Origin: a virus | Taxonomy: Duplodnaviria > Heunggongvirae > Uroviricota > Caudoviricetes | Virus record (IMG/VR): IMGVR_UViG_3300042401_001180 | Length of the DNA: 64,000 bases | Direction: 5' to 3' (one strand) | Shown here: positions 50,498-60,346 of the stretch, piece by piece | Layout of the letters: the number at the start of each line of letters is the position of its first letter | Numbering within the stretch: the first letter of the stretch is position 1 | Made by a program: the position numbers and the translations under genes | The notes under the pieces: model-generated | Database searches by the model: none | Told to the model about the DNA's origin: nothing | Seen by the model: the letters and a program-made list of their open reading frames with translations, nothing else

Positions 50498-51404
50498 AAT
50501 AGTTGTTACTGGTGGTTCAGGATTAGTTGGTAAATATTTAAAAGGTTACTTACCTGATGCTGTTTATTTATCTTCTAAAGATTTTGATTTAACAACTGAA
50601 AACGGCGTTAAAAACATGTATCTAAAACACAAACCAAATATCGTAATACATTTAGCAGCAAAAGTTGGTGGGATTATAGATAATATAAACAAACCTGCAG
50701 AATATTTTACAGACAATATATTAATGAATACTCTTTTACTTGATTATGCAAGAAAAATGAAGGTAGATAGATTTATCGGTATTTTAAGTACTTGTATATA
50801 TCCTGATATTGTGGAATCATACCCACTGAAGGAGGAGGATTTACATTCGGGACCACCAACGATTACTAATTTTTCATATGGGTATGCAAAAAGAAGTTTA
50901 GCGGTTCAAATAGATGCCTACAACAAGCAATACGGAACAAAGTATCAGTATTTAACCCCATGTAATTTGTATGGTGTTGGGGATAAGGATCATGAAACGA
51001 ATAGTCATTTTATTACAGCATTAGTTAAAAAAATATTTGACGCAAAACAAAACAACAAAGACTCAATTACGTTATATGGTGATGGAACACCTCTAAGACA
51101 ATTTATGTTTGCGGATGACTTCGCCAAGGTAATTTATAAAGTAATTACCAACAACATATATGATAACTTTAATGTTGCCGGTGAAGAAAACCTATCAATA
51201 AAAGAAATGACAAACATAACATTACAATCGTGTGGTGCTGAAAACTTAAAAATTAAATGGGACACAGATAAACCTAACGGTCAATATAGAAAAGATGTGT
51301 CGATAGAAAAACTAAAAACTTTACTACCAAGTTTTAATCCATTACCTTTATCGAAAGGAATAAAAATGGTTTATAATAGTTATTATGATAAAATTAGTAA
51401 GTGA
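50484..51404 (+). CDS. fcl: GDP-L-fucose synthase family epimerase/reductase (Fcl or ColC-type)
   Basis: VTGGSGLVG, HLAAKVGG, LSTCIYP, YGYAKR, PCNLYG, GDGTPLRQF. Confidence 0.88.
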   Translation: MKKNKIVVTGGSGLVGKYLKGYLPDAVYLSSKDFDLTTENGVKNMYLKHKPNIVIHLAAKVGGIIDNINKPAEYFTDNILMNTLLLDYARKMKVDRFIGILSTCIYPDIVESYPLKEEDLHSGPPTITNFSYGYAKRSLAVQIDAYNKQYGTKYQYLTPCNLYGVGDKDHETNSHFITALVKKIFDAKQNNKDSITLYGDGTPLRQFMFADDFAKVIYKVITNNIYDNFNVAGEENLSIKEMTNITLQSCGAENLKIKWDTDKPNGQYRKDVSIEKLKTLLPSFNPLPLSKGIKMVYNSYYDKISK

Positions 51405-52536
51405 CACCATAAATAAAGATGATATAAATTCTTTAATTGAGTGGTTAGGTCAAGAAAAAATACCAAGACTAACAAAGGGAGACCTAACTTGGGAATTAGA
51501 AAGCAAATGGGCAAAAAAAATAGGTTCTAAATATTCTATATTTATTAATTCCGGATCTTCCGCAATATTATTAACATTAGCCACGTTAAAGTACACTAAT
51601 AAACTTAAAAATGACAAAGTGGTTGTACCGGGATTAAGTTGGGTAACAGACGTAAGTTCACCAATGTTATTGGGTATGAAACCAATTTTATGTGATAGTA
51701 ATCTTGAAGATCTTTCTTGTGACTTAGAACACTTAGAAACAATTTTTATAGAAGAAACACCTTCTTGTTTTATTTTAGTTTCTCCTTTGGGTTTGGTACC
51801 AAACATGAAAAAAATAGTTAATTTGTGTGAAAAACATAATGTTATTTTATTAGAAGATGTTTGCGAAAGTATGGGATCTAAATATAATGAAAAATATTTA
51901 GGCACTTTTGGTTTTGCGTCTTTTTTCTCTATGTATTTTGGGCATCATTTATCCACAATTGAGGGTGGTTTTATTAATACGGATGATGAAGATTTTTACC
52001 ACTCTCTATTAATGATGAGAAGTCACGGGTGGGATAGGGATTTACCCGAAGCTATACAGAAAAAATTACGAACAGAAAATAACATAAATGATTTTGATTC
52101 TTTATACACTTTTTATTTACCTGGATTTAATCTTAGATCTACGGATTTACAGGCTTTTATTGGGTTACGAGCGATAGATAAATTAGACGAATACTCAAAT
52201 AAAAGAAATTTAAATTTTAAAGTTTATCAAAAAAGGGTTAAAAATAACGAGTTGAGTATCTCTGATTACAAAAATAACTTCGTGTCAAATTTTGCGTACC
52301 CTATAATAAATAAAAATAGAAACTTGATTATAGATGAATTAATTAAAAATGGTGTTGAGGTTAGACCGCTGATTGCTGGAGACATGTCAAAAAAACCAAT
52401 GTGGACTAATAATTACGACAAAGTATATTTAAAAAATTGTGATTTGGTTAACAAATATGGGTTTTATATTCCAAATCACCAAGATTTAAGTATTGAAGAA
52501 ATAAATTTTATAACAAATATTATTAATAATGCATAA
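51385..52536 (+). CDS. colD: ColD-type GDP-4-keto-6-deoxy-D-mannose 3-dehydratase (DegT/DnrJ PLP family)
   Basis: NSGSSA, EDVCESMG, SMYFGHHLSTIEGG (His in place of the Schiff-base Lys), RSHGWDR, GFNLR. No Fe-S cysteine cluster. Confidence 0.8.
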   Translation: MIKLVSDTINKDDINSLIEWLGQEKIPRLTKGDLTWELESKWAKKIGSKYSIFINSGSSAILLTLATLKYTNKLKNDKVVVPGLSWVTDVSSPMLLGMKPILCDSNLEDLSCDLEHLETIFIEETPSCFILVSPLGLVPNMKKIVNLCEKHNVILLEDVCESMGSKYNEKYLGTFGFASFFSMYFGHHLSTIEGGFINTDDEDFYHSLLMMRSHGWDRDLPEAIQKKLRTENNINDFDSLYTFYLPGFNLRSTDLQAFIGLRAIDKLDEYSNKRNLNFKVYQKRVKNNELSISDYKNNFVSNFAYPIINKNRNLIIDELIKNGVEVRPLIAGDMSKKPMWTNNYDKVYLKNCDLVNKYGFYIPNHQDLSIEEINFITNIINNA

Positions 52537-53506
52537 AAAAGTAGCATTAATAACCGGTATAAATGGTCAGGATGGGTCATATTTGGCAGAACTATTATTA
52601 GAAAAAGGTTATGAGGTACACGGAACATTAAAAAGAAATTCAGTATCTGAAAATCAAACATCTCGTTTAGATGAAGTATTTGATAAATTAAAATTACATT
52701 ACGCAGATTTAACTGATTTATCTTCATTGATTAGGGTTATAAGTGAAATAAAACCTAATGAGGTTTACAATTTAGCAGCACAATCACATGTTAGGATTTC
52801 TTTTGATCAACCAATTTATACCGCAAATGTAACAGGCATCGGGACACTTAATATATTAGAGGCTGTAAAACTAGTTGATCCGAATATAAAAATATATCAA
52901 GCATCATCTTCAGAAATGTTTGGTAACTCAATAGACGAAGACGGGTTTCAAAGAGAGAGTACTCCAATGAACCCTGTTTCCCCTTATGGTTGTGCAAAAG
53001 TTTTTTCTTATAACATTTGTAGAAACTATAGAAATGCCTACGGAATGAAAATATGGAATGGGATTTTATTCAATCACGAATCACCAAGAAGAGGAACTAA
53101 TTTTGTTACAAATAAAGTGGTTAAAGCGGCAGTAAGAATTAGTTTAGGGTTACAAGATAAATTAAATATTGGTAATTTGTCAGCAACAAGGGATTGGGGT
53201 CATGCGAAAGACTACGTTTATGTGATGTGGTTAATGTTACAATCTGATAAACCTGATGATTATGTTTGTGCAACAGGCATATCACACTCAGTTAAAGATT
53301 TATGTAAATATGTATTTAATTCATTAGGGTTAAATTATTTAGATTATATTGTTGTTGATGAAAAACATTTTAGACCTGAAGAATTAGAGAACCTAAAGGG
53401 GGATCCATCTAAGATAAAAAAAGAATTACATTGGAAACCATCGTACACATTTGAAACTATGTTAGATGAAATGATTGATTATTGGTTAAATTATTATAAT
53501 AAATAG
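52529..53506 (+). CDS. gmd: GDP-mannose 4,6-dehydratase
   Basis: ITGINGQDGSYLAE, LAAQSHV, QASSSEMFG, SPYGCAK, FNHESPRRG, RDWGHAKDY. Confidence 0.97.
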   Translation: MHKKVALITGINGQDGSYLAELLLEKGYEVHGTLKRNSVSENQTSRLDEVFDKLKLHYADLTDLSSLIRVISEIKPNEVYNLAAQSHVRISFDQPIYTANVTGIGTLNILEAVKLVDPNIKIYQASSSEMFGNSIDEDGFQRESTPMNPVSPYGCAKVFSYNICRNYRNAYGMKIWNGILFNHESPRRGTNFVTNKVVKAAVRISLGLQDKLNIGNLSATRDWGHAKDYVYVMWLMLQSDKPDDYVCATGISHSVKDLCKYVFNSLGLNYLDYIVVDEKHFRPEELENLKGDPSKIKKELHWKPSYTFETMLDEMIDYWLNYYNK

Positions 53507-53509
53507 AAT

Positions 53510-54244
53510 ATGACAAGAAGAAAAACCCAACCTCAAAACGAGGAACAAGAATCTAAACCATTCTCAAAAAAAGACTTTATCAATTCAATCATTAAGAAAA
53601 AACAAAAAAACAAGTTCTTAACGACAAATCAAGAAGAGTATTATAATCTTTTAAGAAATAATCAAATCACTATTTGTTCAGGACCTGCGGGTGTCGGTAA
53701 GTCGTATATCGCAATGAAAGCGGCTGTCGATTTACTTATGGATACTAATAACCACTATGAAAAATTAGTGATTGTTAGACCGGCAGTTGAAGCAGAGGAA
53801 AAATTAGGTTCTCTTCCAGGTAACTTAGAAGAAAAATTAGACCCATACATTTTTCCGTCCTACTACCTATTAAATAAAATTATAGGTAAAGAAGCTCGTG
53901 AAAAATTAAAAGATGCTGAAATCATCGAAGTATTTGCTTTAGCATATATGAGAGGGATGAATATTGACAATACTATTTTAATTTTTGAGGAAGCTCAGAA
54001 CTCAAGTCCAAATCAAATGAAATTACTATTGACAAGAATTGGGTTTAATAGTAAATTCTTTATATCAGGGGATATTGAACAAACGGATAGATATAAAGAT
54101 AAAAAACAGTCAGGACTATATGACGCAATACAAAGATTTAAAACTATCCATGATATAGGTGTTTTTGAGTTTAACGATGACGATAATGTTAGAAACCAAC
54201 TAATAACTAAAATATTAAAAAAATATGAAGAGAATAGGGATTGA
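53510..54244 (+). CDS. phoH: PhoH-family ATPase
   Basis: GPAGVGKS, RPAVE, LGSLPG, YMRG, EEAQN, LTRIG, GDIEQTD. Confidence 0.93.
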   Translation: MTRRKTQPQNEEQESKPFSKKDFINSIIKKKQKNKFLTTNQEEYYNLLRNNQITICSGPAGVGKSYIAMKAAVDLLMDTNNHYEKLVIVRPAVEAEEKLGSLPGNLEEKLDPYIFPSYYLLNKIIGKEAREKLKDAEIIEVFALAYMRGMNIDNTILIFEEAQNSSPNQMKLLLTRIGFNSKFFISGDIEQTDRYKDKKQSGLYDAIQRFKTIHDIGVFEFNDDDNVRNQLITKILKKYEENRD

Positions 54245-54878
54245 AATTAATGGAGTATTAAGAGACACTATTAGTAAGTTTACTCAACTGTATGAAAAAC
54301 ATATGATAGAGGAAAACGAACATGATGGTAAAACCTTTGATGTTGACATGTCAGGTAATACCGAAGAATTGGTATCAAAGGAAGAATTTGAATATAAAAT
54401 TTTAAGCGATGTTACTTCATTGAACTTAACCGATCATTTTAGATTTAACGACGACAATGAATTATATTCATTTATGTATGAGGATTTTGCAATGCAAATA
54501 TTTGGACATGCTGGATCAACAGAAACATTCACATTTAATGATTTAAATGATTTGTATATGAAGTATAGAGATAACAACGAATTACTCATTTTGTCAGATG
54601 AGATGGGTAGATCTAAACCCGCATCCTTATTCTTTCTATCTAAATTTGGATGTTTACTTGAAAAAATTAAATTTTACTCTAACGCAACTATTGACACTAT
54701 GTGGAATGAAGTTGATATTTTATTAACGTCAAATCCAAATTTGATTGTTAATAAACCAAAAGATAAAATTGTTATTAAGTATGTAACAATTTATAATAAA
54801 AATGTTGAATCTGAATTTGAAATTGAATCATTGAAAGAATTTGACGGTATTTTAGAAAAATTAAAAGTAACATGTTAA
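54225..54878 (+). CDS. 5'(3')-deoxyribonucleotidase-like HAD-fold protein with a degenerate motif I
   Basis: IGIEINGVLRD resembles IGIDIDGVL of NT5C-like enzymes. Confidence 0.55.
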   Translation: MKRIGIEINGVLRDTISKFTQLYEKHMIEENEHDGKTFDVDMSGNTEELVSKEEFEYKILSDVTSLNLTDHFRFNDDNELYSFMYEDFAMQIFGHAGSTETFTFNDLNDLYMKYRDNNELLILSDEMGRSKPASLFFLSKFGCLLEKIKFYSNATIDTMWNEVDILLTSNPNLIVNKPKDKIVIKYVTIYNKNVESEFEIESLKEFDGILEKLKVTC

Positions 54879-55159
54879 AATTCTTAGGAGAAAATTACTA
54901 CTTGGACATAAGTGAATTGGAAAAACAAGTAAGTTATGAAAAATCCTCGTTAACTGTACCAACAGGGGATACGGAAACACCAGATCAACAAATTAGTGTC
55001 ACTCGTTATGACACATTTAAAAGTTTAATAGAGGTACTATTAACTGAAAGAGAAGAGTTAGATGAAACATTAGGTATTCACGGAGCAAAAGATTTAACAA
55101 TACCTTTTAAAATCTCATTTAATACACTATTAATAAACAATATACTAAAAACACTTTAA
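54872..55159 (+). CDS. Hypothetical protein
   Basis: 95 aa ORF in the operon, overlapping the upstream stop. Confidence 0.65.
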   Translation: MLKFLGENYYLDISELEKQVSYEKSSLTVPTGDTETPDQQISVTRYDTFKSLIEVLLTEREELDETLGIHGAKDLTIPFKISFNTLLINNILKTL

Positions 55160-55162
55160 AAA

Positions 55163-56227
55163 ATGGAATTAGAAAAAATTCAAAAACTTGAAAAGTCATT
55201 AGAAAATTTAAAAAACAAGTCATCTAGAATTTATTTTTTAGTGCAAGACACTAAAGGTAACCCTAGAGCAGGAGTTAAGTATATCTATGACATTGCATTA
55301 ACATTAAAAAATAATGGATATAACAGCATTATAATTCATGAGACTAAAGAATACACTGGAGTTTCAGAATGGTTAGGGGAGGAATATATGGATATCCCAC
55401 ACCAATCAATTGAAAACCAAAACCTATCAATTTCTCCTGAAGATTTTATTATTATCCCTGAGATTTATGCTCACGTTATGGATCAATTAAAAAACTTCCC
55501 TTGTGGAAAGGTGGTTTTATGTCAAGCATATGATCACGTGTTAGAGACATTACCTCCAGGGGTAACTTGGAACCAATACGGATTTGTAAAATGTATTACC
55601 ACTTCGGAATTTCAAAAAAAGCACCTATCAGAAATTATGAGATCAGTTAGTATGGATGTGGTAGAACCATTTATTTCTGACAACTTCTCTAAAAAAGAAA
55701 AACCATCTAAACCTATTATCTCAATTCACACAAGAGAACCTAGAGATAGTGCTAAGATTATTAAAACTTTTTATTTAAAATACCCTCAATATCGATGGAT
55801 AACATTTAGAGATATGAGAGGAATTAAACAAGAAGATTTTGCAAATTTCTTAAAAGAGTCTTATGTATCTGTTTGGGTTGATAATGAGTCAGGATTTGGG
55901 ACATACCCATTGGAGAGTATGATTTCAGGTACACCAGTTATAGGTAAAGTTCCAAACCTAAAACCTGAATGGATGAATGAAGAAAACGGAGTATGGACAT
56001 ATCAGTTTAATGAGATAGTGGATATTATAGCTAACTACACTCAAAATTGGTTGGAGGATAATATATCCGAAGAGTTACACTCAAAAATGCAAGAAACAGG
56101 ATTAAAATATGCGTCTAAAGAAAATTTTGACACATCAGTAAAAACATTATTTAACGAATATTTTGAAAAAAGAGCAAAAACGTTTTCTGAGCAATTAGAA
56201 AAAATAAAAGTATCTGAAGAAAACTAA
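55163..56227 (+). CDS. Glycosyltransferase, GT-B (GT4-like)
   Basis: DFIIIPE and ESGFGTYPLESMISGTPVIG. Confidence 0.8.
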   Translation: MELEKIQKLEKSLENLKNKSSRIYFLVQDTKGNPRAGVKYIYDIALTLKNNGYNSIIIHETKEYTGVSEWLGEEYMDIPHQSIENQNLSISPEDFIIIPEIYAHVMDQLKNFPCGKVVLCQAYDHVLETLPPGVTWNQYGFVKCITTSEFQKKHLSEIMRSVSMDVVEPFISDNFSKKEKPSKPIISIHTREPRDSAKIIKTFYLKYPQYRWITFRDMRGIKQEDFANFLKESYVSVWVDNESGFGTYPLESMISGTPVIGKVPNLKPEWMNEENGVWTYQFNEIVDIIANYTQNWLEDNISEELHSKMQETGLKYASKENFDTSVKTLFNEYFEKRAKTFSEQLEKIKVSEEN

Positions 56228-56233
56228 AAAATT

Positions 56234-57043
56234 ATGGAAAAAGAAAAATTTGACGTATCAGTAATATTACCAATTAACTCATCAATGCATAAAAATTTTG
56301 ATGAACTATTTGACAGAGCAATTAAATCATTAGAAATTCAAAATTTAGGAATTAATGAATTAGTAATTGTACACTCAGGTGAAGACACACTAAAATCGTT
56401 TTTAAACAAATATGAATTTAGCGGATTAACCGTTAATCAAATACAGAATGACGGAGACTTTGATTTTTGTACACAAGTTAATTTAGGTGTAAAAAACGCA
56501 AAAAGTAAATGGGTTAGTATTTTAGAATTTGATGATGAATACTCAAGTATTTGGTTTAAAAATGTTAGAAGGTTTGCTGACGCATACCCTGAAGTTGATA
56601 CATTTTTACCTTTAGTTGTTGATACAGACGAAAAAGGTATGTTTGTTGGGTTTACAAATGAAGCGACGTTTGCAGCAAGTTTAAATACGGAAATAGGGTA
56701 TTTAAATAACGATGTATTACTATCATACCAAAACTTCCAAACAAGTGGGATGGTTATTAAAAAATCTACCTTTGAAAATATTGGAGGATTTAAACCATCA
56801 ATGAAATTAACATTTGTTTATGAGTTATTATTAAGATTAACATATAACGCAACAAAAATAATGACAATTCCAAGAATTGGGTATAAACATATGAATCTAA
56901 GAGAGGGGTCAATATTCTGGAACTATAAAAATGGTGAAGAAAAAATCTCAGACAACGAGGTACAGTTTTGGATTGAGTCCGCAAAAAAAGAACATTTCTT
57001 CACTAATGATAGGAATATAAAATACGTATCAGAAGAAGTATAA
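56234..57043 (+). CDS. Glycosyltransferase family 2
   Basis: VSVILP, NLGVKNAKSKWVSILEFDD, FENIGGF. Confidence 0.82.
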   Translation: MEKEKFDVSVILPINSSMHKNFDELFDRAIKSLEIQNLGINELVIVHSGEDTLKSFLNKYEFSGLTVNQIQNDGDFDFCTQVNLGVKNAKSKWVSILEFDDEYSSIWFKNVRRFADAYPEVDTFLPLVVDTDEKGMFVGFTNEATFAASLNTEIGYLNNDVLLSYQNFQTSGMVIKKSTFENIGGFKPSMKLTFVYELLLRLTYNATKIMTIPRIGYKHMNLREGSIFWNYKNGEEKISDNEVQFWIESAKKEHFFTNDRNIKYVSEEV

Positions 57044-57792
57044 TGTCATTACCAAATGCAGAAGAAACCAATATATGTGAAGAGAATAAGACGGTAAAAA
57101 AAGCAAAAAGTAATAATTACTTTGATGTCCGTGAAGAAGAAGCAGTTAAGAGATATATAATTGCAGAAACTAAAGAAGAAAAAGAAAAAATTTACAACGA
57201 ATATCTTCGTATGCCATTAGACAAAATGATTGAGTCTATCATACGAAGATATAAATTATATAGAAAAGGTATGGAGTATATTGATGTTCATCATGATACT
57301 CACTCTTTTTTAATGACTAAGGTTGAAAAATTTAAGCCAGCAAAAAACAAAAAAGCATATTCTTATTTTGGTACCATATGTAAAAACTATTTAATGGGTC
57401 AAATTTTAAAAGATCAAAAAGAAATGAATAGAAAAATATCGTATGAGGATATTTCAGAAACTTTAGAAAACCGTCCAGATATGATTTATTATATGGAGTT
57501 TGAAAAGATTGACGCAGAAAAAATTATAGATATTTTTTTGGTAGATTTAAAAAATTACGTATATAATAACGTTTTGGTTGAAAATGAATTTAAGTTAGGC
57601 CAAGCATTAATAGAGTTGTTTGATAATTATGGTAATATTTTTATAGGTAACGATAATAATAAATTTAATAAAAATATTGTTCTTTTATCTTTAAGAGAAA
57701 TGACAAATATGAACACTAAAGAAATAAGAACGTACCTAAAAAAATACAAATTTCTTTATTTAGACACGGTAAAAAGAATACATAATCAATAA
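57043..57792 (+). CDS. Phage late sigma factor-like protein (T4 gp55-like)
   Basis: NYFD N-terminus and region-2-like KFKPAKNKKAYSYFGTICKNYL. Confidence 0.7.
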   Translation: MSLPNAEETNICEENKTVKKAKSNNYFDVREEEAVKRYIIAETKEEKEKIYNEYLRMPLDKMIESIIRRYKLYRKGMEYIDVHHDTHSFLMTKVEKFKPAKNKKAYSYFGTICKNYLMGQILKDQKEMNRKISYEDISETLENRPDMIYYMEFEKIDAEKIIDIFLVDLKNYVYNNVLVENEFKLGQALIELFDNYGNIFIGNDNNKFNKNIVLLSLREMTNMNTKEIRTYLKKYKFLYLDTVKRIHNQ

Positions 57793-57808
57793 TTAAATAT
57801 TTATTATT

Positions 57809-58174
57809 ATGAATAGATCGAGAAAAAAAGAAATATCCTTAAATAAAGATTCGGTTTTAGGTTTAATGCAGGAAATTTATAATGAGTTGGTGGAGCAAAG
57901 AGCCACTGCGATTAGAATCCAAAATAAAATGTTAGCAATGTTAAAGGATCCTGAAGATATGACTCTGATTGGTCCTGTTATTAAAGAACAACAAAAAATA
58001 ATAAACGACACTATAGAGAAAAAATTAACCCTTTCTAAATTACAATCAACAATATGGGAAAAAACGTCTTCAGCTAAAGAAGATAATTTTACATTATCGG
58101 ATATGGATGATGAAACCCTTAAAATGTTGATAAACAAAGATGTGGATAATAGTGAACAAAATTATAAATTATAA
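57809..58174 (+). CDS. Hypothetical helical late protein
   Basis: 121 aa; TATTTAT at 57798-57804. Confidence 0.65.
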   Translation: MNRSRKKEISLNKDSVLGLMQEIYNELVEQRATAIRIQNKMLAMLKDPEDMTLIGPVIKEQQKIINDTIEKKLTLSKLQSTIWEKTSSAKEDNFTLSDMDDETLKMLINKDVDNSEQNYKL

Positions 58175-60141
58175 TGGGTTTAGATTTAAGTAACGATTAT
58201 AATAAGGCAAAAACTAAAATAAGTGCCTATCAAACTACTGTCGAGAGTAAGAAGGATGAATCGCGCGAAAAAAAACAAAAATCAAAAACGTCTTTAGATA
58301 AAAAAAAGAGTGACGTAACAAAACAATTAAATGAATTAAAAAGTGGTACAAGCGACATTAAAAACCAAATAAAAAACGAGGTTAAAAATCAATTAGAACA
58401 ACTTTTAGATTTATTTAAACAATCACTACCAAAGTCAGGAAATAAGTCTTTAAACACCATTAGTAGGTTTTTCTTAGAAGCGGCTGAAGTCACTAAAAGT
58501 AGAATAGGTGAAATATTAGTTGAGGAAATAGTTTCAACTATTGGTTGTTCAGAAGAACAATCATATGAAGATAAATTAAATCAACCAATATACATTAAAG
58601 TTAGTCAGGTAGATTTATTTAAAAGATTAAAATTTTCACCTGACGATAAAGATGTTAAATTTTATTACGAGAATACCCCAACAAATCCAGGAATAATACC
58701 AAACTCAGTTAACCGAGTATTATATGATAGGTTACAAAATTTAGGACAATCGTATCAAACACAGTTAGGTTCAGATTATAGAGGAGTTTCAGGACAAGAT
58801 TTATTTGATATTGAATATGTACAATTTTACCCTGCAATTGGACCTACAAACTTTGGGGACTTTTTTAAAGTAACCCTTAAACCCCAATTAAATAGTAGAA
58901 CTACAGTATCTGATTTTTTAAGAGATTATTATGGTAGTATTGATATTTTACAATTTGATGTTTTAACTGCAGAAATTATGAACGCATTAACGGGAGCGTT
59001 TGATTTTAGTAGTGGGATATCAACAGACGAGTTAAGAGAACAGAAAAAATTTGATTTAATATTAAAAAGAATAATGGGTATTTGTACCGATCCAGCTAAA
59101 AAAATAGATGTTGCTGGTACTGCAAAGTTAAGTGATCAAGATTTAATTGATGATGGATTTTTTGAAGTTTCAAATCAAGAATTAAGATTTATTGAAGAAA
59201 GTATAAATAACACTATAAATGGTGTTGTTCAGTTTGAGGACTGTGGAGATTTAAAACTACCGGTTAATCCACAAGCAACTAGAAGTATTGTTGAAGAGGT
59301 TATTACTGAAAATGTGGGTTCTAAAAAAATAGACAGAGTAGAACAAGCAATAGGTGAGTTGGCTAATGATCCAAAATGGAAGGAATTAGGGTTAGATATA
59401 AACCTTAAGGCGTCCTTAGATACCAGTCTTATCACACAACTACCTAAGATTGTTTTTAAAACAATTCTATCACCAAAGGTAATGTTAGGGTTTTTAATTA
59501 TGGTTAAAGCGATTACAAGTCAACTTTCATCTCAATTAGACAACCTATTTGATGATTTAGAAAAGTTTATGAAAACGTTTAGAAAATTTGTTGTAAATTT
59601 TATGCAAAAAGTTACGGCAATTTTTGTTGAGGAGTTGTTTAAAATTGTTAAAAAACAAATTAAACAATTAGTAGAAAAGATATTATCTGATATTGTTAAG
59701 GAAGCTAAAAATAAACAATTAGCGATGTATTCTGCAATTGTTTACGCACTGTTAGCATTAGGACAGGCATTACTTGATTATAGAAATTGTAAAAGTGTTA
59801 TTGATGATATACTAAAGTTACTAAATTTAGGGATATCACAACTTAATTTAGGGTTACCTTTATTTGCACTTGCCGGTTCATCTTTACTTAGTGGTGTGTC
59901 TAATACTAGAGCGTTTGCAAATGTGATTGAAAATTTACAAAGTATCGGGTTACCGACAGGGGATGCTCCAGACGGTGGACCTAACCTTATGAATATGTCA
60001 ATGATGTCACAAATTAAAGGTAGTAATTTAGAAACATTTACGAATGGTAAGGTTGAAGTTTATATTCCACCTCCGGTAGGATTTGCGGGACCATTCCCTA
60101 TTACAGCAAAACCATCAAAAGGTAGTGGAAAATTTATGTAA
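58174..60141 (+). CDS. Hypothetical protein, probably structural
   Basis: 655 aa helical/coiled-coil protein in the late operon, upstream of the gp5-like gene. Confidence 0.6.
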   Translation: MGLDLSNDYNKAKTKISAYQTTVESKKDESREKKQKSKTSLDKKKSDVTKQLNELKSGTSDIKNQIKNEVKNQLEQLLDLFKQSLPKSGNKSLNTISRFFLEAAEVTKSRIGEILVEEIVSTIGCSEEQSYEDKLNQPIYIKVSQVDLFKRLKFSPDDKDVKFYYENTPTNPGIIPNSVNRVLYDRLQNLGQSYQTQLGSDYRGVSGQDLFDIEYVQFYPAIGPTNFGDFFKVTLKPQLNSRTTVSDFLRDYYGSIDILQFDVLTAEIMNALTGAFDFSSGISTDELREQKKFDLILKRIMGICTDPAKKIDVAGTAKLSDQDLIDDGFFEVSNQELRFIEESINNTINGVVQFEDCGDLKLPVNPQATRSIVEEVITENVGSKKIDRVEQAIGELANDPKWKELGLDINLKASLDTSLITQLPKIVFKTILSPKVMLGFLIMVKAITSQLSSQLDNLFDDLEKFMKTFRKFVVNFMQKVTAIFVEELFKIVKKQIKQLVEKILSDIVKEAKNKQLAMYSAIVYALLALGQALLDYRNCKSVIDDILKLLNLGISQLNLGLPLFALAGSSLLSGVSNTRAFANVIENLQSIGLPTGDAPDGGPNLMNMSMMSQIKGSNLETFTNGKVEVYIPPPVGFAGPFPITAKPSKGSGKFM

Positions 60142-60142
60142 T

Positions 60143-60346
60143 ATGGAACCAAAAGAAGTTTTAGAAATATTAAGTGATTATAAAAATTGTTCAAATAAAC
60201 AAATAGTTGATGTTATGGATTTTTTACAAAATGACTTCCAAAAAACGAAGGATTTAATAGTAAAACTAACAAAACATTTAGATGTTACTGAACAATCGTA
60301 TAATAAAGTTTTTGAGGAATATAAAAAAAGAATAAGTAATGGGTGA
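60143..60346 (+). CDS. Small coiled-coil hypothetical protein
   Basis: Start reassigned to the ATG at 60143 (MEPKEVLE...), 67 aa. Confidence 0.65.
   Translation: MEPKEVLEILSDYKNCSNKQIVDVMDFLQNDFQKTKDLIVKLTKHLDVTEQSYNKVFEEYKKRISNG

Noticed and set aside
51385-52536. Perosamine synthase or RfbH/E1 dehydrase
   Set aside because: It lacks the catalytic Lys of aminotransferases and the Fe-S cysteine motif of E1; the GDP-sugar gene context fits ColD.
40689-57043. Bacterial O-antigen or capsule locus (host contamination or chimera)
   Set aside because: No flippase, polymerase or membrane proteins. It is interleaved with dUTPase, exonuclease, PhoH and the phage sigma factor and is continuous with phage genes.
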